From positions 124,001 through 188,000 of the forward strand of contig NZ_JAJQXW010000001.1 in NCBI RefSeq assembly GCF_021246445.1: a stretch of 64,000 nucleotides of DNA, written 5' to 3'. The notes beneath the pieces were generated by a model. It saw only the letters and a list, made by a program, of their open reading frames with translations, had not been told where the DNA came from and made no database searches. A program made the position numbers and the translations under genes. Positions 30,869-40,590 of the stretch are shown one piece after another (the first letter of the stretch is position 1; each line of letters opens with the position of its first letter). The stretch is from Rhabdothermincola salaria (GTDB lineage Bacteria > Actinomycetota > Acidimicrobiia > Acidimicrobiales > Acidimicrobilacustridaceae).

Positions 30869-31755
30869 CGGGCGAACACCCGGTCCTGTTCGGGCAGTCG
30901 CAGGATGCGACCAGCCCATGCCCAGCAGGCGGCGACCATGCCGATGGCCACCAGCACCGCCACCTGGCCGAGCGGCGTCTGGTAGGCCGACCGGCCGTTG
31001 CCCACCGAGAGGCCCGCCGCGGCCATGCCCAGCGGGACGAGGAGCACGAAGCGACGAGCGAAGCGGACCCCGGCCTGGCGCGCCCGGGCGTCCTTGCGGA
31101 AGCGGGCGTCCTGGCGGCGGTCCTCGGCGAGGTCGGCCAGGCGCCGGTCGACGTCGGTGCCACCGAGCTCGTGGGCGATGAGGAGGGTCTCGCAGGTGGC
31201 GTCGCAGGTGGGATCGGCGAGCTGGTCGCGGAGCACGTGCAGGGTGCGCTCGAAGTCGGTGGTCAACAGCCACTCGCGGTGGGCGGCGGCGAAGGCAGGA
31301 CGGAGCTCGACCGGTCCCGCGGCGCCGACGTCGAACAGCGCCTGGGGGATGGAACGCCCTGCCGACGACGTCATGATGCGCAGCTCCTCGATGAGGCGAG
31401 GCCACGCGTCCTGGGCCACGGCCCGGGCGGCCTGACGGCGCTGCCGGTAGGCGGCGACGGGGAACGAGGCGGCGAAGGTGCCGAACACCAGAGCAGGAAG
31501 GGGGGCTCCGAAGAGCACCAGGGCCAGCGCCGATCCCAGGACGAAGACGACGCCGATGACGGCGGCGAACTCGCCGAGCGCGACGTGGCCGAGACCGGCC
31601 TGGGTCAGCCACTCTCGGCCGCGATGCCCGAGCGGAGGTCGCTCCCGGCGTGGCCCCCGGGGTCCGGGGCCGACGCCGTTCCAACCGAGGATGACGGCGG
31701 TGTAGAGCAGGTAGGCGCCGTAGGCGGCGGCGACCGCGAGGACGGCGGCGGTCAT
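30865..31755 (-). CDS. tadB: Tad inner-membrane platform protein TadB (T2SS F family)
   Basis: DAWPRLIEEL...AGRSIPQAL...LADPTCD...GG...YQTPLGQV. Confidence 0.85.
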   Translation of the reverse strand: MTAAVLAVAAAYGAYLLYTAVILGWNGVGPGPRGPRRERPPLGHRGREWLTQAGLGHVALGEFAAVIGVVFVLGSALALVLFGAPLPALVFGTFAASFPVAAYRQRRQAARAVAQDAWPRLIEELRIMTSSAGRSIPQALFDVGAAGPVELRPAFAAAHREWLLTTDFERTLHVLRDQLADPTCDATCETLLIAHELGGTDVDRRLADLAEDRRQDARFRKDARARQAGVRFARRFVLLVPLGMAAAGLSVGNGRSAYQTPLGQVAVLVAIGMVAACWAWAGRILRLPEQDRVFAR

Positions 31756-33095
31756 CGATCCCTGCCCGATGGGCTGGTGCCGGTGGCGGCGAGGGTGGCG
31801 CGCAGGTCTCGGCCGATGGCGTCGAAGGCGGCCGTGGCTCGTACGGGGACGTTGCCCGACCAGTGCAGGGAGCTGTCGTGGCCGTGTCGGCTGAACACGT
31901 CGGTGGTGGTGAAGGCCACGGCGTCGACACCGGCAGCATGGTCCTCGACGGCGACGACCTCACGCACGCGCGGTCCGTCAGGTCCCCTCTCGCTGAACAC
32001 GACGAGGTCGACGGCTTCGGAGACGAGGGCGGTGAGCGCGCTGTGGGGGAGGTTCCTCGAGGCGTCCGACAGCTGTGCGAGGAATCGGAGACGAGAGAGG
32101 GCCTGGCGGGCGTTGCCGGCGTGGATGGTGGTGAAGCCCTTCACGCCGGACGAGAGGGTGAGCAACAGCGGGAGGGCCTCCCGGTCCCGCACTTCGCCGA
32201 CGATGGCGACGTCGGGTGCCATGCGGAGGAACCCCGAGACCAGCCGGCGGAGGTCGATCTCCGGACGGTCGGCCCGACCCGGTCTGGTCTGCATCTGCGC
32301 CACGTTCGGCAGGGGCGCGTCGACCTCGAAGACCTCCTCCGCGATGACCACCCGTCGAGAGGGGTCGAGCTCCCCGATGCAGCACGACAGCAGCGTGGTC
32401 TTGCCCGAGCCGGGCGCCCCGGCGAACACGATGGAGAGCCCGGCGCGGACGGACGTGGCCAGGAAGTCAGCCACCTCGGCGTCGAGGGTGTCGTTCTCCA
32501 CCAGCTCGGCGAGCGTCGTGAACGGCACGCCGGTGAAGCGACGGATGTTGACCATGACGTGGCCGCCACGGCTGAGGTCGCCGTGGACGATGTGGAGGCG
32601 GGACCCGTCGTCGAGCTGTGCGTCCTGGAGGCCCTCGGTCGGATCGAGCTTGCGGTGGCTGGACGAAGACTCGTCGAGCAACTTGGTGAGGGTGCGGACC
32701 ACGTGGTCGTCGTCGTGGAACGACTCGTGGTGGTAGCCGGAGGTCCCGCCGTGGCGCTTGACGAAGATCGAGTCCGGGGAGTTGATCTCGATCTCCCACA
32801 CCTCTGGATCCCCGAGGAGCTCGGTGAGGGGTCCCTGGAGGGCGAGGTTGCGCCAGGCCCGCTCGGCCACCAGCTCGGGGTTGGCCAGCCCATGGGAGCG
32901 TCGGCCGCGCCGCACGTCGTCGTCCCACCGGGCCAGCTCTTCGTCGATCAGGCGGCGCAGCCCCGCTCGCCCGGCCTCGCTCGACATGTCCAGATCGGCC
33001 TCCTTGGCTCGTTCCTGGACCGCTTGCTCGATGGCGACGAGGGGTGGCTCGGTGTCGTCGGCGGTCTGCCTCGGCGTCCTCGTGGTGGTGCTCAT
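31752..33095 (-). CDS. tadA: Tad/Flp pilus assembly ATPase TadA/CpaF
   Basis: GPLTELLGDPEVWEIEIN, DAQLDDGSRL, GAPGSGKTT, LRMAPDVAIVGEVR, TTIHA. Confidence 0.93.
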   Translation of the reverse strand: MSTTTRTPRQTADDTEPPLVAIEQAVQERAKEADLDMSSEAGRAGLRRLIDEELARWDDDVRRGRRSHGLANPELVAERAWRNLALQGPLTELLGDPEVWEIEINSPDSIFVKRHGGTSGYHHESFHDDDHVVRTLTKLLDESSSSHRKLDPTEGLQDAQLDDGSRLHIVHGDLSRGGHVMVNIRRFTGVPFTTLAELVENDTLDAEVADFLATSVRAGLSIVFAGAPGSGKTTLLSCCIGELDPSRRVVIAEEVFEVDAPLPNVAQMQTRPGRADRPEIDLRRLVSGFLRMAPDVAIVGEVRDREALPLLLTLSSGVKGFTTIHAGNARQALSRLRFLAQLSDASRNLPHSALTALVSEAVDLVVFSERGPDGPRVREVVAVEDHAAGVDAVAFTTTDVFSRHGHDSSLHWSGNVPVRATAAFDAIGRDLRATLAATGTSPSGRDR

Positions 33096-34387
33096 GCCGT
33101 CATCCCTTCGCCGAGCGATCCGGGTCGGATGGGCACGGGGACCTCGAGGCCGCCTTCGGCGCCCGCCGGTTCCATGCTCCGCAGCAGGGCGCTCACTGCG
33201 GCCCCCAGCGGGTCGACGAGCGGGCCGGGCAAGGGCGCGCCATCTCGCTGCAGGGAGTCCAGGTCCTTGCGGTGGGCGACGAAGAGCGGCGACGTGGTCA
33301 GGGCGGACCCGGCCGGTCCGGCGAGCTCGGCGACGGCCCGGCTCACGTCGGCTCGGCTGCGCGCCGATCGGGGCGCCTGGGTGATGACGGGCACGAGTCG
33401 CGGCGCCTCCACGCCGTGCTCGAGGAGGTGGCCGACCGTACGCACCAGTCGGTGGAGGCCGGTCACGGAGGCCCTGGCCGACACCAGGACGAGGTCTGCG
33501 ATCCTCGTCAGGTGACGAGCCAGCACGTTGCGGTCCTCGACATCGGTGGAGCCGGTGAGCGCCAACCCTTCGACGTCGTCGTCGACATCGGCGACCGTCA
33601 CCGAGTAGCTGCGCCGCAGGGCGGTGAACGCAGCCTCGACGGCTCGGGGCCGCAGGACTGTCCAGTCGCGGTGTCGACGCAGGCCCAGGACGAGGTCGTA
33701 CCCGTGCTCGGCGCAGTGCCAGGTCAAGGCACGGACCTGTTCGGGGTCGAGCTCACCGGTGCGGTGGGCCTCGACCAACTCCTGGAGGCCGGGCACGACG
33801 TCGCCGGTGTCGTGCAGCAACGCCTGGGAGGCGTCGAGCGCGGCGTCGACGAGGGCCACCCGCCCGCCGTGGGCGGGGTCGGCGGCCAGCGCCTGGCTCA
33901 CCGCGGCGGCGACGGTGGAGGCGCCGGTCCCGCCGCCGCCGGTCACGGCCACCAGCCGGCCCTCCCACGCGCCGCCGAGGGTCGGTCCGACGAGGTCTGA
34001 TCCCGACGTCGCCGGCCGGTCGAGCGACGGCGCGGCGGCTCGGAGCACGTCGAGCAGGGCATCGCGGTGGACGGGCTCGTCGAGCACGGCGGCGGCGCCC
34101 AGCTCGATCCAGTCGCGACGGGCGTAGCCGTCGGTGATGACGATCGTGGCGCACCCGATCTGTCGGGCCTCGTCGATGAGATCTCGCTCGAGTCCGGGGA
34201 CGGACTGGTCGAGGAGGAGCGCCGACCACGCTCGGCCCGTCGTCAGCCGGGCACGGACCTCCTCGACGGAGACGCACCTGACGAAGTCGGCGGGGAGCGC
34301 AGCCGAGTTCGCCCAGCGGCCCACCTCCGTGAACCACCCGGCTCGGGGCCGGGCCACGCCCAGGAGGACATAGTGCTCGGACGTCAT
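33092..34387 (-). CDS. TadZ/CpaE/Ssd-like protein (degenerate receiver plus MinD-like P-loop)
   Basis: Receiver-like N-terminus; VTGGGGTGAST deviant Walker A; VALVDA. Confidence 0.75.
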   Translation of the reverse strand: MTSEHYVLLGVARPRAGWFTEVGRWANSAALPADFVRCVSVEEVRARLTTGRAWSALLLDQSVPGLERDLIDEARQIGCATIVITDGYARRDWIELGAAAVLDEPVHRDALLDVLRAAAPSLDRPATSGSDLVGPTLGGAWEGRLVAVTGGGGTGASTVAAAVSQALAADPAHGGRVALVDAALDASQALLHDTGDVVPGLQELVEAHRTGELDPEQVRALTWHCAEHGYDLVLGLRRHRDWTVLRPRAVEAAFTALRRSYSVTVADVDDDVEGLALTGSTDVEDRNVLARHLTRIADLVLVSARASVTGLHRLVRTVGHLLEHGVEAPRLVPVITQAPRSARSRADVSRAVAELAGPAGSALTTSPLFVAHRKDLDSLQRDGAPLPGPLVDPLGAAVSALLRSMEPAGAEGGLEVPVPIRPGSLGEGMTA

Positions 34388-35178
34388 CGCCCACCGCCGT
34401 CGCCGACCGCCCCAGAGGGTGTGGCGGCCCGGGTGGGAGACTCGGTTCGGTCCCGGGATCCTTCGACCCCGGTGACGCCTGTCGATCGCACCACCGTGAG
34501 CTCGGCGACCTGCGCCGCATGGGCGGCCTCGAGGACCTGATCGGGGGTGTCCAGGGCGATGGTGAGGACGAGCCCGCCACCAGCGAGGGCGCTGCGGCCG
34601 GCATCCTGCACGCCGATGACCGGCGCCCCCCGGGCCAGGACCGTGGTGTAGGCGCCGGGTCCCGACCCGTGGGTGGCGAAGAGGTCGACCGTCTCACCGG
34701 CGCGCAACCCCCCGCCGACGGCTCGATCCGGGGCGATCGGGAACGAGAACTCGTGGGCCGGTGGCCGATCGGCATCGCCGGCCAGCACGGCGCTGCGTTG
34801 CACGAGGTCGTCGCTCTCGAGCGGGGTGAGCGTGACCGAACCGACCACGTCGTCGACGGTGGCGAAGGAACCGGTCGCCGTGCCCTCCGGGAGGTCGATC
34901 TCGACGATGGCGAGGTCGGATGCGGTGAGCACGTGGCCCGAGGGGACCGAGCTGGTCACCTTGACGGCATGGCCGCTGGGTCCGGTGCTGGCGCCGGCGT
35001 AGGCCGTGAAGACGGCCAGCGCCGAGGCGGTGACGAGGAGGGCTCCGATCACCGCTCGACCGCTCGGGAGGCCTCGGTTCGCACGCGTCGGGCGGCGTGG
35101 GCTCGTGTCGTCGTCGTGGGGCTCGGACTGCCGCGAGGGCGTGCGAGGTCCGAGCCCCGGGAAGGGGCTTCTTGCCAT
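34384..35178 (-). CDS. SAF-domain / RcpC-CpaB-like pilus assembly protein
   Basis: N-terminal TM, VPSGHVLTASDLAIVE (SAF), GGLRAGETVDL. Confidence 0.8.
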   Translation of the reverse strand: MARSPFPGLGPRTPSRQSEPHDDDTSPRRPTRANRGLPSGRAVIGALLVTASALAVFTAYAGASTGPSGHAVKVTSSVPSGHVLTASDLAIVEIDLPEGTATGSFATVDDVVGSVTLTPLESDDLVQRSAVLAGDADRPPAHEFSFPIAPDRAVGGGLRAGETVDLFATHGSGPGAYTTVLARGAPVIGVQDAGRSALAGGGLVLTIALDTPDQVLEAAHAAQVAELTVVRSTGVTGVEGSRDRTESPTRAATPSGAVGDGGGR

Positions 35179-35365
35179 GTCGTCGTCTCCAGGTCTCGCC
35201 GTCGGGCGACGCTCGTGGCGTCCGCCGATCGCTGCACCGTACGAAGTCGTTCGCCGCGACACAAGGGAGCCCCCACCACCGTGGGTGGTCGAATGGGACC
35301 CTGAAGAGCACGGAAGCTCAACGAAATGCACTCAGATCCGGAGTGGTCTGGCTAAAATGAGCCAT

Positions 35366-35581
35366 ATGGCCCCCACCCCGATCGAGTGGATGAAGAGCGG
35401 CGAGGCAGCCGACTACCTCGGCATCACCACTCGCACCCTCTACAAGTTCATCGACGAGGGAAAGTTGCCCGGCTATCGGGTTGGCCGCGTCATCCGACTC
35501 AAGGCCTCCGACGTCGAGGCGTTCGTGGAGACGCTGCGCATCGAGCCAGGAACGCTGGAACACCTCCATCCCGAGGTCTGA
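35366..35581 (+). CDS. Excisionase/BldC-like HTH_17 DNA-binding protein
   Basis: WMKSGEAADYLGITTRTLYKFIDEGKLPGYRVGRVIRL; TAAAAT-7nt-ATG leaderless start. Confidence 0.88.
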   Translation: MAPTPIEWMKSGEAADYLGITTRTLYKFIDEGKLPGYRVGRVIRLKASDVEAFVETLRIEPGTLEHLHPEV

Positions 35582-35597
35582 TCCCTATGCTGCGCCC

Positions 35598-36020
35598 ATG
35601 ACACGGGAGAACTGGCTCACCCATCTCGCCAAGGTTCCGATGTTCTCGCGCTGCTCCAAGAAGGAGCTGCAGGAGATCGCCGGGGCCACCACGCCGGTCA
35701 CCCTGCCCCCGGGTCGAGTGCTCGTCCGCGAGGGAGACCCCGGCAGCGAGGCCTACGTGATCACCGCGGGCACCGCCTTCGTGGAGCGCAATGGTGAGCG
35801 GTTGGCCATGCTCGGACCGGGCGACGTGATCGGCGAGATGTCGCTGCTCATCCCCGGACCTCGCACCGCCACCGTCACCGCCGACACCGAACTGCAGGTG
35901 CTGGTGATGGATCGCCGCGAGTTCGGCCAGCTCGTCGAGGACATCCCCGGCTTCACCATCCAGCTGCTGCACAACCTGGCCGAGCGCATGTCCCGGCTCG
36001 ACCAGCACGCCTTCGGCTGA
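35598..36020 (+). CDS. Stand-alone cyclic-nucleotide-binding domain protein
   Basis: LVREGDPG, LGPGDVIGEMSLL..PRTATV phosphate-binding cassette; TATGCT-6nt-ATG. Confidence 0.9.
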   Translation: MTRENWLTHLAKVPMFSRCSKKELQEIAGATTPVTLPPGRVLVREGDPGSEAYVITAGTAFVERNGERLAMLGPGDVIGEMSLLIPGPRTATVTADTELQVLVMDRREFGQLVEDIPGFTIQLLHNLAERMSRLDQHAFG

Positions 36021-36023
36021 GCT

Positions 36024-36575
36024 TCAGCCTCCGGGGCGCAGCGAGATCTCGTCGGTCGACGCCAGGCCGACGTAGGCGTGGTCTCCGTTGTCGAGGCGCA
36101 GCACCATGACGTCGGCGCCCACCTGTTGCAGCGCGCCACCGAAGGTGGCCGTGCCCGATGCCACGAGCGCCCAGTCGCCCGGCTCGGCGAGAGCCGACGC
36201 CAGCCGGACGAACCGGCTCGCCGTCGACGGCTCCGACTCGCCGGCCACGGCCGGTCCCTGCACGGTGCGGGTGGCGGCGATGGCCCCGATGCGGGCCACC
36301 AGCCACTGGCGTGTCTCCAGCGCCAGCACCACGGCGTCGGGTCCCACGAGGCGCACGTGCCCCCGGTGCTGTCGACCGGAGCGCATCACCAGGCCGACCA
36401 GCTCACCGCGCACCGCCAGCTCGGACAGCACGCCCGAGAGCGTGGCGTCCTCACCGCGTCGGGTCCGCAGGTCAGCGGCAGCTGAGCGGCTGCGAGCGGC
36501 CTCGTCCACCCGCACCTCGGCCAGCCACCGCGCCATGGCGGGGTCATCAGGTTCGGGCGATCGGACGTCGCTCAC
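36024..36575 (-). CDS. Hypothetical protein with two possible Sm/LSm-like repeats
   Basis: GAGGAG RBS; repeats RGHVRLVGPDAVVL and GGALQQVGADVMVL. Confidence 0.65.
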   Translation of the reverse strand: MSDVRSPEPDDPAMARWLAEVRVDEAARSRSAAADLRTRRGEDATLSGVLSELAVRGELVGLVMRSGRQHRGHVRLVGPDAVVLALETRQWLVARIGAIAATRTVQGPAVAGESEPSTASRFVRLASALAEPGDWALVASGTATFGGALQQVGADVMVLRLDNGDHAYVGLASTDEISLRPGG

Positions 36576-36645
36576 GGGGCTCTCCTCATGGGGTGAGCAT
36601 TCCACGACCGTTCACCGTCGTGGCGCCTCTACGCTGGTGGATCCC

Positions 36646-37611
36646 ATGGCCGACACGCAGGTCAAGATCAACGTCCCCGGCAACCACCTGATGGTCGGCC
36701 TCCTCGGCGAGCGCGACGAACTGTTGCGCCTGGTGGAAGCCGCCTTCCCCGGCGCGGTCGTCCACGTGCGAGGCAACGAGATCACCGTCGACGGCCAGGG
36801 GGCCGAGCAAGTGGGCCGCCTCTTCGGGGAGCTCGTCGTACTCCTCCAGCAGGGCCACGTGCTCGAGGAGGCCGGGGTCCGCCGCAGCATCGACATGGTG
36901 AAGGCCGACGAACGGCCCTCCGAGGTGCTCTCGGCCGACGTCATGCGCGGGGCCAAGGGCCGCATGGTCCGCCCCAAGACCAGCGGGCAGAAGCGCTACA
37001 TCGAGGCCATCCGCGACAACATCGTGACCTTCGGCGTGGGTCCGGCCGGCACCGGCAAGAGCTGGCTGGCGGTCGCCATGGCTGTGCAGGCCCTGCAGTC
37101 CAAGCAGGTCGACCGCATCATCCTCACCCGTCCCGCGGTGGAGGCCGGCGAGCGCCTCGGCTTCCTGCCGGGCGACCTCATGGCCAAGGTCGACCCCTAC
37201 CTCCGCCCGCTCTACGACGCCCTGTACGACATGGTCGAACCCGAAGGTGCCCAGCGGCTCCTCGACCGGGGCACCGTCGAGGTGGCGCCGCTGGCCTTCA
37301 TGCGCGGGCGCACGCTCAACGGCAGCTTCATCATCCTCGACGAGGCCCAGAACACCACGCCCGAGCAGATGAAGATGTTCCTCACCCGCATCGGTTTCGG
37401 CTCCAAGGCCGTCATCACCGGCGACACCACCCAGGTCGACGTGCCAGGGGGCCGCAGCGGCCTGCTCGGCCTCGAGTCGGTGCTCTCGGGCATCGACGGG
37501 CTCGGCTGGGTGCGCCTCGGTGCCGCCGACGTGGTCCGCCACCGCATCGTGCAGGACATCGTCAACGCCTACGAGGCCCATGCCGCCGGCACGGCCGGAG
37601 GTGAGGGGTGA
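36646..37611 (+). CDS. phoH: PhoH family ATPase
   Basis: [45 protein letters not shown]. Confidence 0.95.
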   Translation: MADTQVKINVPGNHLMVGLLGERDELLRLVEAAFPGAVVHVRGNEITVDGQGAEQVGRLFGELVVLLQQGHVLEEAGVRRSIDMVKADERPSEVLSADVMRGAKGRMVRPKTSGQKRYIEAIRDNIVTFGVGPAGTGKSWLAVAMAVQALQSKQVDRIILTRPAVEAGERLGFLPGDLMAKVDPYLRPLYDALYDMVEPEGAQRLLDRGTVEVAPLAFMRGRTLNGSFIILDEAQNTTPEQMKMFLTRIGFGSKAVITGDTTQVDVPGGRSGLLGLESVLSGIDGLGWVRLGAADVVRHRIVQDIVNAYEAHAAGTAGGEG

Positions 37612-38261
37612 GCGACCGCCCCCCGAGTCGGCGCCGGCGACGCCGGGGCCCCGAGGACGGAGAGGTCACGGTGTTCGTGGCCGACGAACAGGCGCGCCAC
37701 CCGGTCGACACCGTCCGGTGGCAGCGCCTGGCCGAGCAGGTGCTGCTCGACGAGGGCGTCGAGGGCGAGTGCGAGCTCTCGGTGCTTTTCGTGAGCCACG
37801 ACACCATCGCGTCACTCAACCAGCGCTTCATGGGCCATGCCGGACCCACCGACGTCCTGTCGTTCCCCATCGACGGGGAGGGCAACACCCCGGGGCGGTG
37901 GCCCGACGGGGGCGCGGCCGGCCCGGACCGCGAGGACGACCCCGACGATCTGCCCCTCCTGCTCGGCGACGTGGTCATCTGCCCCGAGGTGGCGGTTGCC
38001 AACGCACCGAGCCATGCCGGCCGCGACGACGACGAGCTGGCGTTGTTGGTGGTGCACGGCATCTTGCACCTCCTCGGCATGGACCACGCCGACGACGTCG
38101 GACGTGAGGCGATGCAGGCGCGCGAACGAGAGCTGCTGGCGGCCCACCACGGGCCCCTCGCCGCCGATCCGTGGGCCGCGCTGGCCGCGGAAGCGAGCGA
38201 CGCGGGTGACCACGAGCCCGCCCCCGTCACCGATGCTCCCGGTCCGGCGGGGGAGCGCTGA
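37608..38261 (+). CDS. ybeY: rRNA maturation endoribonuclease YbeY
   Basis: PTDVLSFP, LGDVVIC, HGILHLLGMDH. Confidence 0.95.
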   Translation: MSDRPPSRRRRRRGPEDGEVTVFVADEQARHPVDTVRWQRLAEQVLLDEGVEGECELSVLFVSHDTIASLNQRFMGHAGPTDVLSFPIDGEGNTPGRWPDGGAAGPDREDDPDDLPLLLGDVVICPEVAVANAPSHAGRDDDELALLVVHGILHLLGMDHADDVGREAMQARERELLAAHHGPLAADPWAALAAEASDAGDHEPAPVTDAPGPAGER

Positions 38262-38266
38262 CCTCG

Positions 38267-39646
38267 ATGCCCTCGACCGTGCTGGCCTTGACGACCACCC
38301 AGACCTGGATGGTCGTGGTCATCGTCGTGGCCTTCCTGGCCTCGATCCTCCTGGCGCTGGCCGAGACCGCCCTCACCCGCATGACCCGGGCCAAGGCCCA
38401 GGGCATGGTCGACGAGGGCCGTCGTGGCGCCGCTCGCCTCGTGCTCCTCGTCACCCACCCCGAGCGCTTCCTGAACGTCGTGCTGCTGGTCGTGCTGGTC
38501 TGCCAGCTGGTGCAGGCCACCCTCGTGGGCATCTTGGCCAGCCAGCTGGTCGGGGGCTGGGGGGTGGTCGTGGCCACCGTCGTCAACATCGTGGTGGTCT
38601 TCGTGCTGGCGGAGGCCGCGCCCAAGACGTGGGCCATCGAGCACCCCGAGCGGGCCGCCTTGGTGGCAGCACCGCCGGTGTGGGCCCTCGCCCACTTCTG
38701 GCCCCTGCGGGTGTTGTCGCGCGGCCTCATCGGCCTGGCCAACGTCATCCTGCCGGGCAAGGGCCTCAAGGAGGGCCCCTTCGTCTCCGAGGAGGAGCTC
38801 CTCGCCATCGTCGACGCCGCCGTCGAGGAGGACGTGATCGAGCTCGAGGAGCGTCACCTCATCAGCCAGATCATCGAGTTCGGCGACACCATCGTGCGCG
38901 AGGTCATGGTCCCTCGGCCCGACATGGTCACCGTCGACGCCGAGTTCCGGGTGGCCGACGTCATGGAGATCGTGCTGCTCAACGGCCGCAGCCGCATCCC
39001 GGTGTGCGGCGAGGGGATCGACGACGTCGTCGGCGTCGTCTACGCCAAGGACCTGATGCGGGCCGAGCGCGACGGCCGCGACCACGAGCCGGTCGGCGGG
39101 TTCGTCCGTGAACCCCACTTCGTGCCCGAGACCAAGCGAGTCGCCACCTTGTTGCCCGAGATGCAGGCCGAGCAGTTCCACATGGCCATCGTGGTCGACG
39201 AGTACGGGGGCACCGCCGGGCTGGTCACCATGGAGGACCTCATCGAGGAGCTGGTGGGCGAGATCGTCGACGAGTTCGACCGGGAAGAGCCCATGGTCGA
39301 GCCCCTCCCCGACGGCAGCTGTCGGGTGCAGGCCCGCATGGCCATCGACGAGGTCAACGACCTGTTGCACCTCGAGCTCCCGGAGGGCGACTGGGACACC
39401 CTCGGCGGCCTGGTGTTCCACCTCGCCGGCCACGTGCCCGCCGAGGGCGAGGTCGTCGAGTGTGACGGTCGGCTGCTGGTGGTCGAGCGGGTGCAGGGTC
39501 GCCGCATCGCCCGCATCCGCATCGCCGCCAACCGCGACGCCGACACCGATCACGACGAACGGGTCGGTCGCGGCGAGGCACGGGCCACGTCCCCCGACAT
39601 GGGTGGCGATGCGAGCGGCGAGCGTCCCGAGGAGGTGGGTCGATGA
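38267..39646 (+). CDS. Hemolysin/CNNM family protein (DUF21-CBS-CorC)
   Basis: LAETAL, EAAPK, VREVMVPRPDM, SRIPV, VDEYGGTAGLVTMEDLIEELVGEI, TLGG. Confidence 0.93.
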   Translation: MPSTVLALTTTQTWMVVVIVVAFLASILLALAETALTRMTRAKAQGMVDEGRRGAARLVLLVTHPERFLNVVLLVVLVCQLVQATLVGILASQLVGGWGVVVATVVNIVVVFVLAEAAPKTWAIEHPERAALVAAPPVWALAHFWPLRVLSRGLIGLANVILPGKGLKEGPFVSEEELLAIVDAAVEEDVIELEERHLISQIIEFGDTIVREVMVPRPDMVTVDAEFRVADVMEIVLLNGRSRIPVCGEGIDDVVGVVYAKDLMRAERDGRDHEPVGGFVREPHFVPETKRVATLLPEMQAEQFHMAIVVDEYGGTAGLVTMEDLIEELVGEIVDEFDREEPMVEPLPDGSCRVQARMAIDEVNDLLHLELPEGDWDTLGGLVFHLAGHVPAEGEVVECDGRLLVVERVQGRRIARIRIAANRDADTDHDERVGRGEARATSPDMGGDASGERPEEVGR

Positions 39647-40482
39647 GGTCAGGCTTCGCGTCGCTGGTGGGGCGTCCCAACGTGGGCAAGTCCACCTTGT
39701 TGAACGCCATCCTGGGGACCAAGGTGGCCATCACCTCCGACAAGCCCCAGACCACGAGGGCCCAGATCCGCGGGGTCCTCGAACGGCCCGACGTGCAGGT
39801 CGTCTTCGTCGACACCCCCGGCATCCACAAGCCCCGGACGCTGCTCGGCGAACGGCTCAACCGCACGGCCACCGAGGCGACGGGTGGGGTCGATGTGGTG
39901 TGCCTGATCGTCGACGCCACTGCGCCCATCGGCCCGGGCGACCGCTTCGTCGCCGAGCGGGTGCCGTCCGACGCCATCGTGGTGGTCAACAAGACCGACA
40001 TCGCCTCGCCCGACGAGGTCATGGCCCAGTTGGTCCGGGCGGCCGAGCAACTCGACCGGTCCGCCTACTTCCCCGTCTCGGCCCTCACCGGCCAGGGCGT
40101 GCCCGAACTGGTCGAAGAGATCGTGAGCCGGCTGCCTGAAGGTCCGGCCTGGTATCCGCCGGGCACGGTGACCGACGTGCCGGAGGCCTTCTGGGTGGCC
40201 GAGCTCGTGCGCGAGCAGTTGCTCGCCGTCACCCACGACGAGCTCCCGCACTCGATCGCCACCCGGGTGGTCGAGTGGGAGTGGCCTCGGATCCGCGTCG
40301 AGATCCTCGTGGAGCGCGACTCCCAGAAGGGCATCGTCATCGGCAAGAAGGGCTCGGTGCTCAAGCAGGTCGGTACCGAGGTGCGCAAGCAGCTTCCCGA
40401 GGGCGCGTTCCTCGAGCTCTTCGTGAAGGTCGACAAGGACTGGCAACGTCAGGCCCGCGCGCTCGACCGCCTCGGTTTCTGA
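39643..40482 (+). CDS. era: GTPase Era
   Basis: GRPNVGKSTL, PQTTR, DTPG, NKTD, SQKGIVIGKKG. Confidence 0.96.
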   Translation: MRSGFASLVGRPNVGKSTLLNAILGTKVAITSDKPQTTRAQIRGVLERPDVQVVFVDTPGIHKPRTLLGERLNRTATEATGGVDVVCLIVDATAPIGPGDRFVAERVPSDAIVVVNKTDIASPDEVMAQLVRAAEQLDRSAYFPVSALTGQGVPELVEEIVSRLPEGPAWYPPGTVTDVPEAFWVAELVREQLLAVTHDELPHSIATRVVEWEWPRIRVEILVERDSQKGIVIGKKGSVLKQVGTEVRKQLPEGAFLELFVKVDKDWQRQARALDRLGF

Positions 40483-40528
40483 CCGCCGGCTTCCTGAACC
40501 GCGGCCTTGGGTCGTGGCCCCGCTGCGC

Positions 40529-40576
40529 TTCTTGCATCGATTCGGCGCGCTCCGCCGCGACGAAACCATGCAAGAA
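40529..40576. repeat. REP-like palindrome between convergent era and dinG
   Basis: TTCTTGCAT...ATGCAAGAA 9-bp arms enclosing an imperfect inner stem. Confidence 0.5.
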
Positions 40577-40590
40577 CGGGTTGGGGGGGG

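Noticed and set aside
35366..35581. Excisionase as evidence of a prophage or ICE; TadA as conjugative VirB11
   Set aside because: No integrase, att repeat, relaxase, VirB4 or phage genes; the context is a Tad pilus.
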